From contig NC_017080.1 of the NCBI RefSeq assembly GCF_000284115.1, positions 2,040,001 to 2,072,000 of the forward strand: DNA of 32,000 nt, given 5' to 3'. The notes under the pieces were generated by a model, which was not told the origin of the DNA, searched no databases, and worked only from the letters and a program-made list of their open reading frames with translations. Below are positions 8,240 to 17,531 of the stretch, one piece after another. Within the stretch, counting starts at the first letter, position 1, and each line of letters opens with the position of its first letter. The translations under genes and the position numbers were made by a program. Source of the stretch: Phycisphaera mikurensis NBRC 102666 (lineage in GTDB: Bacteria; Planctomycetota; Phycisphaerae; Phycisphaerales; Phycisphaeraceae).

Positions 8240-10975
8240 CTAGCCACCCCGCTTCAGCCGCTCAAGGTCGAAGACCTGGGCGTCCTGCACACCCAGGGCC
8301 CGGTGGCGGGACCAGTGGCAGGTGGCCAGCAGCACCTGCAGGGGCGGGGCGGCGGCGGCGAGGACCGCGGCCATCGCGGCGAAGCGTTCGTCGTCGGTGT
8401 GCGTGAGCGGGTCGTCGAGCAGGAGCGGGAGCGCGCCGGCGGAGGGGCAGGCCCCGGCGGCGTCGCCGGCGAGCACGCGGCCCATGGCGAGGCGGACCAG
8501 CACGCCGAGCTGCTCGCGGCCGCCGGCGGAGAGGGTGTCAAAGTCTTCGGGTCCGCCGGCCCGCTCGATCTGGAGGGCTTCGAAGCCGGCGTCGAAGCGG
8601 GTGGTGGCGCCCGGGAACAGCCGCGGGAGCAGCCGGTCGATCTCGACGCGGAGCGGGGCGAGGAAGGCGGAGCGGGCGGCGGCGCGGTGCCGGCTGAGCG
8701 TGTCGTGCAGCCGCTTCGCGGCACCAGCCTCGGCGTGCAGGCGGTCGGCGGCGGCTCGTGCTTGCTCCGCGGCGAGGGCGGCGGCGGCCAGGCGGTCGGG
8801 CAGGCCGACGGCGTCGCCGGCGTGCAGCATGGCGTCGAGGCGCGTGAGCTCGTCCTCGTGCGTGCGGGCCTCGGCCTGCGCCTGCGTGAGCACGCGCTCG
8901 GCGCGGGCGGCGTCGGCGTCGGCGGCGGCGACGTCGGCGGCGGGGAGGTCGGTCAGCGCCGCCTCGGCCGCCGCCGCCGCCTCGGCGGCGTCGGCGGCGG
9001 CGGCCTCGAGCGCCTCGTCGGGGCCGTGGTCGTCCCGGTGAGCGGCGAGCCGCCCGGCCGCGGCGGTCGCGTCGGCGGCGGATCGCGCGGAAGCCTGGAC
9101 CGCGAGGGCCCGTCGCTCGCGGGCGTCGGCGGCGGCCCGCTCCGCGGCGGCCCGCGCCTTCCGGGCGGACTCCGCCCGGGCGCGGGCGGTGTCGAGGCCG
9201 CGGCGGGCGGCGGCGACGGCGGCCTCCGCCTCGTCCTCGTTCGCCGGGGCGGCTGCGGCGGCGCGGCCCAGCGCCTCGCGCTCTCGGGCTCGCGCGCCGC
9301 GCCGGCGCTCCAGGGCGGCCGCGGCGGCGCGAGCCTCCTCGAGGCCGCCGGGCGCGTGGAGGCCGAGCCGGTCGCGGTGACGCCGCGCCTCGGCGTCGAG
9401 CTCCGCGGCGCGAGTGGCGAGCTCTGCGGCATGATCGGCCGAGGCGACCCCGGCACGCTCCAGCGCCCGCCGCAGGGCCGCGGCCGCCGGTGCGGCGCTC
9501 GACTCGCCGGCGGAGGCAGGCGTCACGGCGACCCGCACGCCGGCGACCGCGACGGTGAGCGGAACCGAGGCCGCGAACGAGGCCGCCGACCCGGGCTCCA
9601 CCGCCGCGTCGAGCGGCTCGGGATCCTCGGCTCGCACCGCCGCCGGCTCGCCCGCGGCGGCCTCCACCGAGACCTCCACCCGAGGCGCGACGGCCCGGCG
9701 TGCGGCCGCATCGGCCGCCTCCGCCGCGGCCAGCGCGTCCGCGAGCTTCCGCAGCTTCCGCGCCGCCGCCGCGTCCACGGCGATGCCGGCCCGCTCGCGC
9801 AGCGCCGCCTCCAGCTCCTCCGCCGCCGCTTCGGCCGACGCGAGCCGCTCCGCCGCCTCGGTCGCCGCCGCCGCCAGCCGCAGCGTCTCGGCGTCCAGCT
9901 CCGCCGCCCGCAGCGCCGCTTCCTCCGCCGCCGTGCCCTCCGCCGCGCCCGATTCCGCGGCCGGAGCGTCCTCCGCCGCCGCCGGCACCTCCTCCGCCGC
10001 CCGCTGGGCCGCGGCCGCCGCCGCTTCGGCCGCGGCGCGGAGCGTCTCCCGCTGCTTCGCCCGTTCCCGGGCCTGCCGCGCCTCCAGCCCGGCAGCCCGT
10101 TGCGCCTGGGCTGCCCGCTCCCGCTCGGCGCCGCGGACCGCGGCTTCGCGGGCGATCTGGCGGGCACGGTCCGCGGATTTCTTCAGCTCCGGCAGCTGCG
10201 CCGCGAGGCCGGCGAGGCGGCCCGCCGCGCGGCGGTGGGCGTCGAGGGCTTCGGCCTGACGCGCCGCGCGTTCCTCCAGGACGGCAAGCGCCCGCTGTGC
10301 CGCGTCCAGTGCCGCCTCCACCCTCGCCCGCTCGCTGCCGGCGGACCGCTTCGCGGACCCGCTGGGGGTGAAGAAGCGGGCGCACTCGGCCTCGGCGAGC
10401 CCCGCCAGCGCCTCGCCCTCGCCGCCGCCGTCGAGGGCCTCCCCCGACAGGGCTTCGAGGGCGGCGGAAAGGCTCTCCCGGCCCGGATCCGCGAGGTCGG
10501 CGCCCGGGGCCCGGTCGCTGCGGTTCTGCGCCACGAACAGGAGCGGCCAGAAGTTGACGTGCTCGGGCGCGAGCGGATCGCGGCTGCGACCGGCGTCGGC
10601 GAGGCCGAGCACCGCCCGGAGCCGGTCCTCGGCCGCGTCGTCCTCGAGCGTGGCCGCCGAGCCTCCGCCCGCCGGCGTCACCACCAGGCGCGTGCCGCCG
10701 GAGGCGTGGAACCTCTTGGTCAGCCGGTGCTCGCTGCCGTCCCGCAGGAAGACCACCTCCACCTCGGGCTGCCCGCCGCCGTGGGGCGCCATCGCGCGGT
10801 GGAACTCGCCGCCGCTGCGGGCCTTCACCAGCAGCGCGTTCCGCAGCGCCTCCATCAGCGTCGACTTGCCCGACTCGTTGGGCCCGTGCAGCACGTTGAG
10901 CCCCGGCCCCAGCCGCAGCTCCACCGGCCCGGCCACGCCGCGGTACCCGGCAACGCGGAGGCTGCGGATCAGCAC
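8240..10975 (-). CDS. SbcC/YhaN-like AAA ATPase with long Ala-rich coiled coil (about 911 aa)
   Basis: N-term IRSLRVAGYRGVAGPVELRLGPGLNVLHGPNESGKSTLMEALRNAL (Walker A); C-term DTLSAGGREQLGVLVRLAMGRVLAG...PLLLDDPLTHTDDERF (signature + Walker B). Likely GTG start at 10975, overlapping the sbcD-like stop. Confidence 0.88.
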   Translation of the reverse strand: MLIRSLRVAGYRGVAGPVELRLGPGLNVLHGPNESGKSTLMEALRNALLVKARSGGEFHRAMAPHGGGQPEVEVVFLRDGSEHRLTKRFHASGGTRLVVTPAGGGSAATLEDDAAEDRLRAVLGLADAGRSRDPLAPEHVNFWPLLFVAQNRSDRAPGADLADPGRESLSAALEALSGEALDGGGEGEALAGLAEAECARFFTPSGSAKRSAGSERARVEAALDAAQRALAVLEERAARQAEALDAHRRAAGRLAGLAAQLPELKKSADRARQIAREAAVRGAERERAAQAQRAAGLEARQARERAKQRETLRAAAEAAAAAAQRAAEEVPAAAEDAPAAESGAAEGTAAEEAALRAAELDAETLRLAAAATEAAERLASAEAAAEELEAALRERAGIAVDAAAARKLRKLADALAAAEAADAAARRAVAPRVEVSVEAAAGEPAAVRAEDPEPLDAAVEPGSAASFAASVPLTVAVAGVRVAVTPASAGESSAAPAAAALRRALERAGVASADHAAELATRAAELDAEARRHRDRLGLHAPGGLEEARAAAAALERRRGARAREREALGRAAAAAPANEDEAEAAVAAARRGLDTARARAESARKARAAAERAAADARERRALAVQASARSAADATAAAGRLAAHRDDHGPDEALEAAAADAAEAAAAAEAALTDLPAADVAAADADAARAERVLTQAQAEARTHEDELTRLDAMLHAGDAVGLPDRLAAAALAAEQARAAADRLHAEAGAAKRLHDTLSRHRAAARSAFLAPLRVEIDRLLPRLFPGATTRFDAGFEALQIERAGGPEDFDTLSAGGREQLGVLVRLAMGRVLAGDAAGACPSAGALPLLLDDPLTHTDDERFAAMAAVLAAAAPPLQVLLATCHWSRHRALGVQDAQVFDLERLKRGG

Positions 10976-12108
10976 GACGCCGCCTCCGCCAGGAGACGCT
11001 GGAGCAGGACCAGCGCCTCCGCCGCCTCGGCGTCGTCCTCCTCGGCCGACAGCTCCGCGATCGCCGCCCGCACGAAGCCGGGTGCCGACGCCGCGGCTTC
11101 CTCCAGCGTCGCCGCGTCCGCCAGCACGCGGGGCCGGAACGCCCCGCCCGCCGCGTCGCGGAGCCGCAGGTGCAGCAGCCGGTGCCCCGCCGCGTCGAGC
11201 ACCCGATCCAGCCGCGCGGCCGCCGCCGCGGGCAGGGCCGCGTCGAGCTCCAGCCGCAGCAGCGTGTCCTCCTCCGCGGCGAGCGCTTGCAGGCGGGCGT
11301 CCAGCGCCTCGACCTCGCTCGCCTCCCGCAGCCGCGCCTCCTCCCGCAGCCAGCGCGTCCTCGCCAGCTTCACCGGCTCCACCTCCGGCACCGCGCCGGG
11401 GCCGGCGATCCGCACGACCAGCGCGTTGCCGCTGTCGTTGTTGACGAAGGACGTCGGCTCGGGGGAGCCGGCGTACGCGGTCCTCGCGTCGAGCGTCTGG
11501 AAGCCGTGCCAGTCGCCGAGCGCGAGGTAATCCAGCCCCGCGGAGGCCGCGCGTCCCGGCGCGATCGTCGCCGAGCGGCCGCCGGAGATCTCGGCGAAGT
11601 CGGTCGTGCCGCCGTGGGCGAGGCCGATGCGGATCGCGCCCGCCCGCCCGCTGCCGAAGCTTCGCGTGAGGTGCGCCGTCGGATCGGCCGGCGACGCGGG
11701 GTCCGCGGGCGCCGGCAGGATCACCGCCCCGTGCTCGTCGAGGAACAGCGGTTCCCGCGCCGCCAGCACCGACACGTTCGCCGGCTTCTCCCGCGCCCAG
11801 ACCTCCCGCCCGAAGACGCCGCCGGGCACGCCCGAGAGGTCGTGGTTCCCCGGCAGCACCCGCACCGGCACCGCGACGGAGCCGAGCTTCCCGCACGCCG
11901 CGGCGACCGTGCGGTCGTCCACGAGCCCGCCGTCGAAGAGGTCGCCCGCCACGAGCACGAAAGCCGCCCCACGCTCCGCCGCCAGCGCCCCGATTCGGTC
12001 GATCGCCTCCAGCCGCAGCTGCCGCACCCGCGGTGCCGCGTCGCCTCCCCCCAGGAAGTGCAGCGGCTGCCCGAGGTGCAGGTCGGCGGCGTGGACGAAG
12101 GTCAGCAC
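10969..12108 (-). CDS. SbcD/YhaO-like metallophosphoesterase, DNA repair exonuclease (about 379 aa)
   Basis: FVHAADLHLGQPLHF, VLVAGDLFDGG, VLPGNHDL, LALGDWHGFQ, YAGSPEPTSF motifs; likely GTG start at 12108. Confidence 0.9.
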   Translation of the reverse strand: MLTFVHAADLHLGQPLHFLGGGDAAPRVRQLRLEAIDRIGALAAERGAAFVLVAGDLFDGGLVDDRTVAAACGKLGSVAVPVRVLPGNHDLSGVPGGVFGREVWAREKPANVSVLAAREPLFLDEHGAVILPAPADPASPADPTAHLTRSFGSGRAGAIRIGLAHGGTTDFAEISGGRSATIAPGRAASAGLDYLALGDWHGFQTLDARTAYAGSPEPTSFVNNDSGNALVVRIAGPGAVPEVEPVKLARTRWLREEARLREASEVEALDARLQALAAEEDTLLRLELDAALPAAAAARLDRVLDAAGHRLLHLRLRDAAGGAFRPRVLADAATLEEAAASAPGFVRAAIAELSAEEDDAEAAEALVLLQRLLAEAASC

Positions 12109-12155
12109 GGCAGGAAGGTAGATGCACCGGACGCGCCGTCGCAGCCCGACCGCCT

Positions 12156-12183
12156 CCCCGCGGACAGCGTGTCGTCCGCGGGG
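12156..12183 (-). terminator. strong hairpin CCCCGCGGAC-(8 nt)-GTCCGCGGGG between purF and the sbcD-like gene
   Basis: Perfect 10-bp stem in the intergenic region; no U-tract. Confidence 0.4.
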
Positions 12184-12353
12184 CCCGGCGGCGGCGTCGA
12201 CGCTTCGGAGGCGCGTCGGGTCCGTCGCGCCTCCCCGCCGGAGCCCGTTGGGCTTCGGATCGGGGCGGTGGCCCTGAACGGTCTCCTTCGTGCCTTCGCG
12301 TCCTTCGCGCTCGGCGGAGCGTCGCCCGGCAGAACCCCGGCTCCGACGGCGGA

Positions 12354-13874
12354 CTACCTGGATGCCAGCGCCGCCGTCTGCGCGGCGTCGTTGCGCTTCT
12401 CGCGGACGCCCTCGAGGTACCCCGCGTCGATGTCGCCGGTGGGGTACACGCCGTCGAAGACCGAGCAGTCGAAGCGCTCGATCTGGGGGTTGCCTTCTCG
12501 GGAGCAGGCCACGAGGTCGGCGAGGTCCTGGTAGACGAGCCAATCGGCGCCGATCTCCTCGGCCACCTGCTCGGTCGTGCGGCCGTGGGCGATGAGTTCC
12601 TCGGGCGCGGGCATGTCGATGCCGTAGACGTTGGGGAAGCGCACCGGCGGGGCGGCGGAGCAGTAGACGACGCGCTTCGCGCCGGCCTCGCGGGCGAGCT
12701 TGATGATCTGCGTGCACGTCGTGCCGCGGACGATCGAGTCGTCCACGAGGCAGACGGTCTTGCCGGCGAACTCCAGCGGGATCGGGTTGAGCTTCTTCCG
12801 CACGCTCTTGCGCCGCTCCGCCTGCCCGGGCATGATGAAGGTGCGGCCGACGTAGCGGTTCTTGATGAAGCCCTCGCGGTAGGGCACGCCCAGCCGCGCG
12901 GCCATGGAGAGGGCGGCGGTGCGGCCCGAGTCGGGGATGGGCATCACCACGTCGATGCCGGCGGGCTTGCCGTTGTCGCTCTGGATGCCCAGCCGGCTCG
13001 CCTCGCGGAAGACCTTGTCTGCCAGCTTCTCGCCCATCCGCAGCCGGGCCTTGTAGACCGAAACGCCGTCCATCATCGAGTCGGGCCGGGCGAGGTAGAC
13101 GTGCTCGAAGATGCACGGCACCGGCGGGCGGTGGGCCGCCCCCGATGGACGCCGGACGAGCTGCCCGGCCGCGTCGGCCCAAACCGCTTCGCCCGGGCCG
13201 ACGTCGTCGAGCAGCTCGAAGCCCAGGGCGTCCAGCGCCACCGACTCGCTGGCGATCATGTGCTCGACGCCCTGCAGGGTCTCCCGCCGGCCGATCACCA
13301 GCGGGCGGATGCCCAGCGGGTCTCGCAGGGCGAAAACGCCGTGGCCCATGACCAGCCCGGTGACCGCGTACGCGCCGCGGCAGCGGCGCCGGACGCCGTC
13401 GCAGGCGTCGAAGACGGCGTCGGCGAGGGGCGTCCCCGCCGGCTTCTGCTGCAGCTCGTGGGCGAAGATGTTCAGCAGCACCTCCGAGTCGGAGGTGGTG
13501 TTGAGGTGCCGGCGGTCGCTCTGGCGGAGGTCCTCCACCAGCTCGGCGGTGTTGGTGAGATTGCCGTTGTGGGCGAGCGCCAGGCCGTAGGGGGCGTTCA
13601 CGTAGAAGGGCTGCGCCTCGGCGTTGCTGGGGCAGCCGGCGGTGGGGTAGCGGCAGTGCCCGATGCCCTGCCCGCCCGCGAGCCTGTTCATGTGCTTCTG
13701 GCGGAAGACGTCGGCGACCAGCCCGTTGTCCTTGCGGAGCGCGAGGCGGCCGTGGTCGTCGGTGGCGATGCCCGCGGCGTCCTGCCCCCGGTGCTGCAGC
13801 ACCGAGAGCGCGTCGTAGAGCTGCGGCCCCGCGGCCGCGTTGCTCGAGCCGGTGATCGCGACGATTCCGCACAA
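12354..13874 (-). CDS. purF: amidophosphoribosyltransferase
   Basis: MCGIVAITGSSNAAAGPQLYDALSVLQHRGQDAAGIAT N-terminal Ntn domain; GIGHCRYPTAG; PRPP-binding TVCLVDDSIVRGTT. Confidence 0.96.
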   Translation of the reverse strand: MCGIVAITGSSNAAAGPQLYDALSVLQHRGQDAAGIATDDHGRLALRKDNGLVADVFRQKHMNRLAGGQGIGHCRYPTAGCPSNAEAQPFYVNAPYGLALAHNGNLTNTAELVEDLRQSDRRHLNTTSDSEVLLNIFAHELQQKPAGTPLADAVFDACDGVRRRCRGAYAVTGLVMGHGVFALRDPLGIRPLVIGRRETLQGVEHMIASESVALDALGFELLDDVGPGEAVWADAAGQLVRRPSGAAHRPPVPCIFEHVYLARPDSMMDGVSVYKARLRMGEKLADKVFREASRLGIQSDNGKPAGIDVVMPIPDSGRTAALSMAARLGVPYREGFIKNRYVGRTFIMPGQAERRKSVRKKLNPIPLEFAGKTVCLVDDSIVRGTTCTQIIKLAREAGAKRVVYCSAAPPVRFPNVYGIDMPAPEELIAHGRTTEQVAEEIGADWLVYQDLADLVACSREGNPQIERFDCSVFDGVYPTGDIDAGYLEGVREKRNDAAQTAALASR

Positions 13875-13905
13875 GGTCAGCTGGGCCGGTTCCGGGGCGG
13901 GGGGG

Positions 13906-14277
13906 TCAGGAAGCGTCCGCGCCGGGCGCGGCGGGCTTGAGGAACTGGCTCTCGAGATAGCAGGCGACGTAGTCGATGATCGACTTGACCTCCGGGATCT
14001 CGGGGTTGTTGGTGTGGCCCATCGGCTCGAAGCGCATGTCGCGGAAGCGCTCGACGGCCTCGTCCAGCGGCAGGCCGTACTGCAGGGCGAGCGAGAAGGC
14101 GCGGCAGAAGGCCTGCATCAGGCCCGAGAGCGTCGAGCCCTCCTTGCTCATCTTCACGAAGAGCTCCCCGGGGTTGCCGTCGTCGAAGAGGCCGACGGTG
14201 AGGTAACCCTCGTGGCCCTGGATCGCGAACTTGTGGGTGACGGACGCACGGGTCGCGTCGAGGCTCCTGCGGCTCAT
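13906..14277 (-). CDS. NrdJb-like stand-alone C-terminal module of adenosylcobalamin-dependent (class II) ribonucleotide reductase, 123 aa
   Basis: THKFAIQGHEGYLTVGLFDDGNPGELFVKMSKEGSTLSGLMQAFCRAFSLALQYGLPLDEAVERFRDMRFEPMGHTNNPEIPEVKSIIDYVACYL matches the C-terminal region of NrdJ. Confidence 0.85.
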   Translation of the reverse strand: MSRRSLDATRASVTHKFAIQGHEGYLTVGLFDDGNPGELFVKMSKEGSTLSGLMQAFCRAFSLALQYGLPLDEAVERFRDMRFEPMGHTNNPEIPEVKSIIDYVACYLESQFLKPAAPGADAS

Positions 14278-14286
14278 GGCCGCAGC

Positions 14287-15165
14287 TTATGGCCGCGCCG
14301 CGGGGGGGCCTCCGCCGGGAGCCGCGACGCGACCGCGGAGGTGCTTCCGCCAGGCCGGGCGGAACACCAGGCCGCGCCGGGCGGAGCTCCAAAGGTCGCC
14401 CAAGCGTGGGAGCGGGCGGGAGCCCGCCGCCTGGACGCGCAGGAAGGCCGCCAGGTCGTCGCCGAGCGTGGGGCCGTGGGCCCGCTCCTGCTCCGCGAAC
14501 ACCCGCTCCGCCGCGTGCTCGTAGAGGAGGAGGTCCTCGCCGTTGACCTCACGCAGGAGCGCGGCGTTGGCGGGGTCCTGCTGGAGGTCGCTGGCGATCC
14601 GCCCGCAGAGCGAGCGGTTGCGGCTGCGGTAGCGGATGTCGAAGCCCTCTTCGCCGATCCAGCGGCGGAGCATCACCAGCGACAGGTCGAAGCGGGACTG
14701 CAGGCCCACGAAGCCGATCCGCTCGCCAAGCACCTCGATCGCGTGCCCGGCGGTCGCCCGCTCCCTGGGCTCCCCGGTCAGCGCCCGGCACAGGAAGTTG
14801 GCGTGCCCAACCGCGTAGTGCTCGAAGGGCGGCATCGGGCGGCCGCGCTGGTGGCCGTACTGGAAGGCGGAGAACGCCCGCTGGATCGGGCAGCGGAAGA
14901 AGGTGAACATCCGAGCGCCCGGGATCCGCCCCACGACCGAGTGCGGCATGCAGGCGTGGCCCGCGAGGCTTCGCAGCCCGGGGTGGTGCCGCCGGATCAG
15001 CTCCAGGTCCTCCTCGCGCATGCGGGAGGGGTGGTTGTACAGCTCGCAGTGGGCTGTGCCGAAGTGCCGCCGCAGCAGCTCCCGGGTTGTCTTGCCCGCC
15101 GTCTTCTCGATGTGCGCGAAGACGAGCGGGCCCCTCTTGTCCGTGCTTGCCTCGGAGGGACCCAC
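14287..15165 (-). CDS. sulfotransferase family 2-like protein (start uncertain; ORF open to 15318)
   Basis: LVFAHIEKTAGKTTRELLRRHF (5'-PSB-like loop) and FFRCPIQRAFSAFQYG motifs. Confidence 0.78.
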   Translation of the reverse strand: MGPSEASTDKRGPLVFAHIEKTAGKTTRELLRRHFGTAHCELYNHPSRMREEDLELIRRHHPGLRSLAGHACMPHSVVGRIPGARMFTFFRCPIQRAFSAFQYGHQRGRPMPPFEHYAVGHANFLCRALTGEPRERATAGHAIEVLGERIGFVGLQSRFDLSLVMLRRWIGEEGFDIRYRSRNRSLCGRIASDLQQDPANAALLREVNGEDLLLYEHAAERVFAEQERAHGPTLGDDLAAFLRVQAAGSRPLPRLGDLWSSARRGLVFRPAWRKHLRGRVAAPGGGPPAARP

Positions 15166-15365
15166 GTCGTGCTGCTCTTGCTTGGGGGCACGGGGTCGCG
15201 CACGCCGACCCGCGGCGTGGAGACCCCATCGACGAAGAAAACGTTGCGGCCACACCGCCGCCACGCCGCGCCCCAGACTACCGCGCGGGGACGAATCTCC
15301 AAGGGTTCGTCGCGGCATCCGGAATGGGGCCGCAGGCGTTCCCAGAGGCGAGCTAGGGTTCCCCG

Positions 15366-16742
15366 ATGAGCGGAGCGAGCGCAGCCCAGGTCCTCGTCAT
15401 CGACGACGAGGAAGACCACGCCGAGGTGATGGGCGAGGTGCTCAAGCGGATGGGGCACGTCTGCACGCTCGTCCACACCCTGCCGGCGGCGGTGGACGAG
15501 CTCAAGCACGGGGCCTTCGACCTGATCGTCACCGACCTGGTGATGGATGCCCAGGACGACGGGCTCAGGGTGCTTGAGGCCGCGCGGGCGGGGCAGAGCG
15601 ACGCGGCGGTGGTGATGGTGACCGCCCACGGCGACGTGCCCACGGCGAAGGCGGCGCTGCGGGGCGGGGCGTACGACTTCATCGAGAAGCCGCTGGACCT
15701 CGACGTCTTCCGCACGCTGTGCGGCAACGCGATCGAGGCGGTGTTCCTGCGGACGCAGAACCGCGAGCTCAAGCGCGAGGTGGAGGGTGCCCGCGGATTC
15801 GAGGGCATGCTCGGCACGTCCGCCGCGATCCGGGCGCTGGCGAACCAGGTGGAGCAGGTGGCGCCCGCGCCGCTCCCGGTGCTGGTGACCGGCGAGTCGG
15901 GCACGGGCAAGGAGCTGGTCGCCCGGGCGATCCACAGCCGCAGCAAGCGGAGCGGGAAGCCCTTCGTGCCGATCAACTGCGCCGGGCTCAGCGAGTCGAT
16001 CCTCGAGGACGAGCTGTTCGGGCACGTGCGGGGGGCCTTCACCGGCGCCGAGAAGGACCGGCAGGGCCGCTTCGAGTACGCCAGCGGCGGGACGATGTTC
16101 CTCGACGAGATCGGCGACATGCCCAAGCCGATGCAGGCCAAGCTGCTGCGCGTGCTCGAGAGCGGCGAGGTGGTGCGGCTGGGCAGCAACGAGCCGCGGC
16201 ACGTCGACGTCCGGCTGGTCTCGGCGACCAACGCCGGACTCGAGGCGATGGTGAAGGAGGGGGCTTTCCGCGAAGACCTCTACTTCCGCATCAAGGGCAT
16301 GGAACTGCACCTCCCGCCGCTTCGGGCCCGCCGCGAGGACGTGCCGCTTCTGGTGCGCCACTTCCTCGCGAAGTTCGCCCACGAGCTCGGCAAGCCGGTC
16401 CCGGAGGTCGCCCGCGACACGATGGGCCTGCTGTCGGGCTACGGCTGGCCGGGCAACGTGCGGCAGCTGATCAACGTGACGCAGAACGCCCTGGTGATGT
16501 GCGACGGCCCGGTGCTCGAGCCCAAACACCTGCCGCCGGAGGTCCGCCTGACCGACGGCGACGTGCCCGAGAACGCCGAGAGCCTCGGCGGCGAGGCTCC
16601 GCTGAAGCTGGACCAGCTGGAGAAGCACGCGATCCGCAACGCCCTGCGGGTGGCCGAGGGCAACCGGGAGCAGGCCGCCGAGATGCTGGGCATCGGAGAG
16701 CGGACGCTGTATCGCAAGCTCAAGGAGTATGGGGTGAAGTGA
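15366..16742 (+). CDS. sigma-54-dependent response regulator, NtrC family
   Basis: REC domain [34 protein letters not shown]; AAA+ [30 protein letters not shown] (GAFTGA); Fis-type [27 protein letters not shown]. Confidence 0.97.
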   Translation: MSGASAAQVLVIDDEEDHAEVMGEVLKRMGHVCTLVHTLPAAVDELKHGAFDLIVTDLVMDAQDDGLRVLEAARAGQSDAAVVMVTAHGDVPTAKAALRGGAYDFIEKPLDLDVFRTLCGNAIEAVFLRTQNRELKREVEGARGFEGMLGTSAAIRALANQVEQVAPAPLPVLVTGESGTGKELVARAIHSRSKRSGKPFVPINCAGLSESILEDELFGHVRGAFTGAEKDRQGRFEYASGGTMFLDEIGDMPKPMQAKLLRVLESGEVVRLGSNEPRHVDVRLVSATNAGLEAMVKEGAFREDLYFRIKGMELHLPPLRARREDVPLLVRHFLAKFAHELGKPVPEVARDTMGLLSGYGWPGNVRQLINVTQNALVMCDGPVLEPKHLPPEVRLTDGDVPENAESLGGEAPLKLDQLEKHAIRNALRVAEGNREQAAEMLGIGERTLYRKLKEYGVK

Positions 16743-16748
16743 GGGGCA

Positions 16749-16932
16749 GCGAGGAAGCGAGGAAGCGAGGAAGCGAAGAAGTCAGCAATGACGCGGCGGC
16801 TACGCCGACCGCTTCGGACTCGAACTCTCTGACTTCTCCGCTTCCCCGCTTCTTCGCTTCCCCGCTTCTCTGACTTCTTCGCTTCTTCGCTTCCCCGCTT
16901 CTTCGCTTTTCTGACCTCTCCGCTTCTTCGCT
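16749..16932. repeat. intergenic GAAGC-type low-complexity repeat forming long imperfect inverted repeat
   Basis: Left arm 16749-16785 GCGAGGAAGCGAGGAAGCGAGGAAGCGAAGAAGTCAG; its reverse complement matches 16870-16906 at 34/37 positions, with further CTGACTTCTCCGCTTCCCCGC... modules from 16829 to 16932. Confidence 0.85.
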
Positions 16933-16951
16933 CTGCCCCCCGAAACGCCCC

Positions 16952-17476
16952 ATGGCTCTCAGCCCCGACGACCCCCAGACACGCCCCCCGCCCTTCCGCA
17001 CCGGCTCGGGCTGGGACCTGCACCGGCTCGAGCCGGGGCTCCCGCTGGTCCTCGCCGGCGTCGAGGTCCCCTCGGACCGCGGGTGCGTGGCGCACTCCGA
17101 CGGCGACGCGGTGTTCCACGCGGTGACCGACGCGTTGCTGGGGTCGCTCGCGCTGGGCGACATCGGCCGGCTGTTCCCCGACGACGACCCGGCGAACGCG
17201 GGGCGGGACTCGGGTGACTTCCTCGACGAGGCGGTGCGGCGCGTCCAAGCGGCGGGTTACGCGGTGGTGAACCTCGACGTGACGGTGGTGCTGCAGAAGC
17301 CCCGGCTCGGCCCGCACGCGGGGGCGATGCGGGCGCAGCTCGCGGCCCGGCTGCTCGTCGGGCTCGACCGCGTCTCGCTGAAGGCCAAGACGCACGAGGG
17401 CGTCGACGCCGTGGGCGAGGGCCGGGCCGTGAGCTGCCAGGCGGCGGTGCTGGTGACGCGGGCGGCACCGGCCTGA
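16952..17476 (+). CDS. ispF: 2-C-methyl-D-erythritol 2,4-cyclodiphosphate synthase
   Basis: RTGSGWDLHRL...LAGVEVPSDRGCVAHSDGDAVFHAVTDALLGSLALGDIGRLFPDDDP, KAKTHEGVDAVGEGRAVSCQAAVLV. Confidence 0.94.
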   Translation: MALSPDDPQTRPPPFRTGSGWDLHRLEPGLPLVLAGVEVPSDRGCVAHSDGDAVFHAVTDALLGSLALGDIGRLFPDDDPANAGRDSGDFLDEAVRRVQAAGYAVVNLDVTVVLQKPRLGPHAGAMRAQLAARLLVGLDRVSLKAKTHEGVDAVGEGRAVSCQAAVLVTRAAPA

Positions 17477-17531
17477 CGCGAAAGGCCGCGGGGGTCGGTG
17501 CGGGCCGCCACGCCGGAGGCGACCGTCGCGG

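Noticed and set aside
7963-8240. tRNA-anchored genomic island or att site
   Set aside because: No integrase, no duplicated tRNA 3' end seen downstream, and the flanking genes look chromosomal.
8200-8240. Rho-independent terminator for the SbcC-like gene (minus-strand TTTTTT at 8225..8220)
   Set aside because: A U-tract exists but I could not find a convincing GC-rich stem immediately before it.
8069-11530. 1153-aa plus-strand ORF
   Set aside because: Antisense to the SbcC/SbcD-like pair; composition is a shadow of the Ala-rich coding strand.
10969-13872. 967-aa minus-strand ORF as one protein
   Set aside because: The portion above about 12108 overlaps purF in another frame; only the C-terminal ~379 residues are the SbcD-like nuclease.
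16749-16932. CRISPR array or minisatellite with spacers
   Set aside because: No regular direct repeats with unique spacers of constant size; it is a low-complexity modular repeat with inverted arms, and no cas genes are present.
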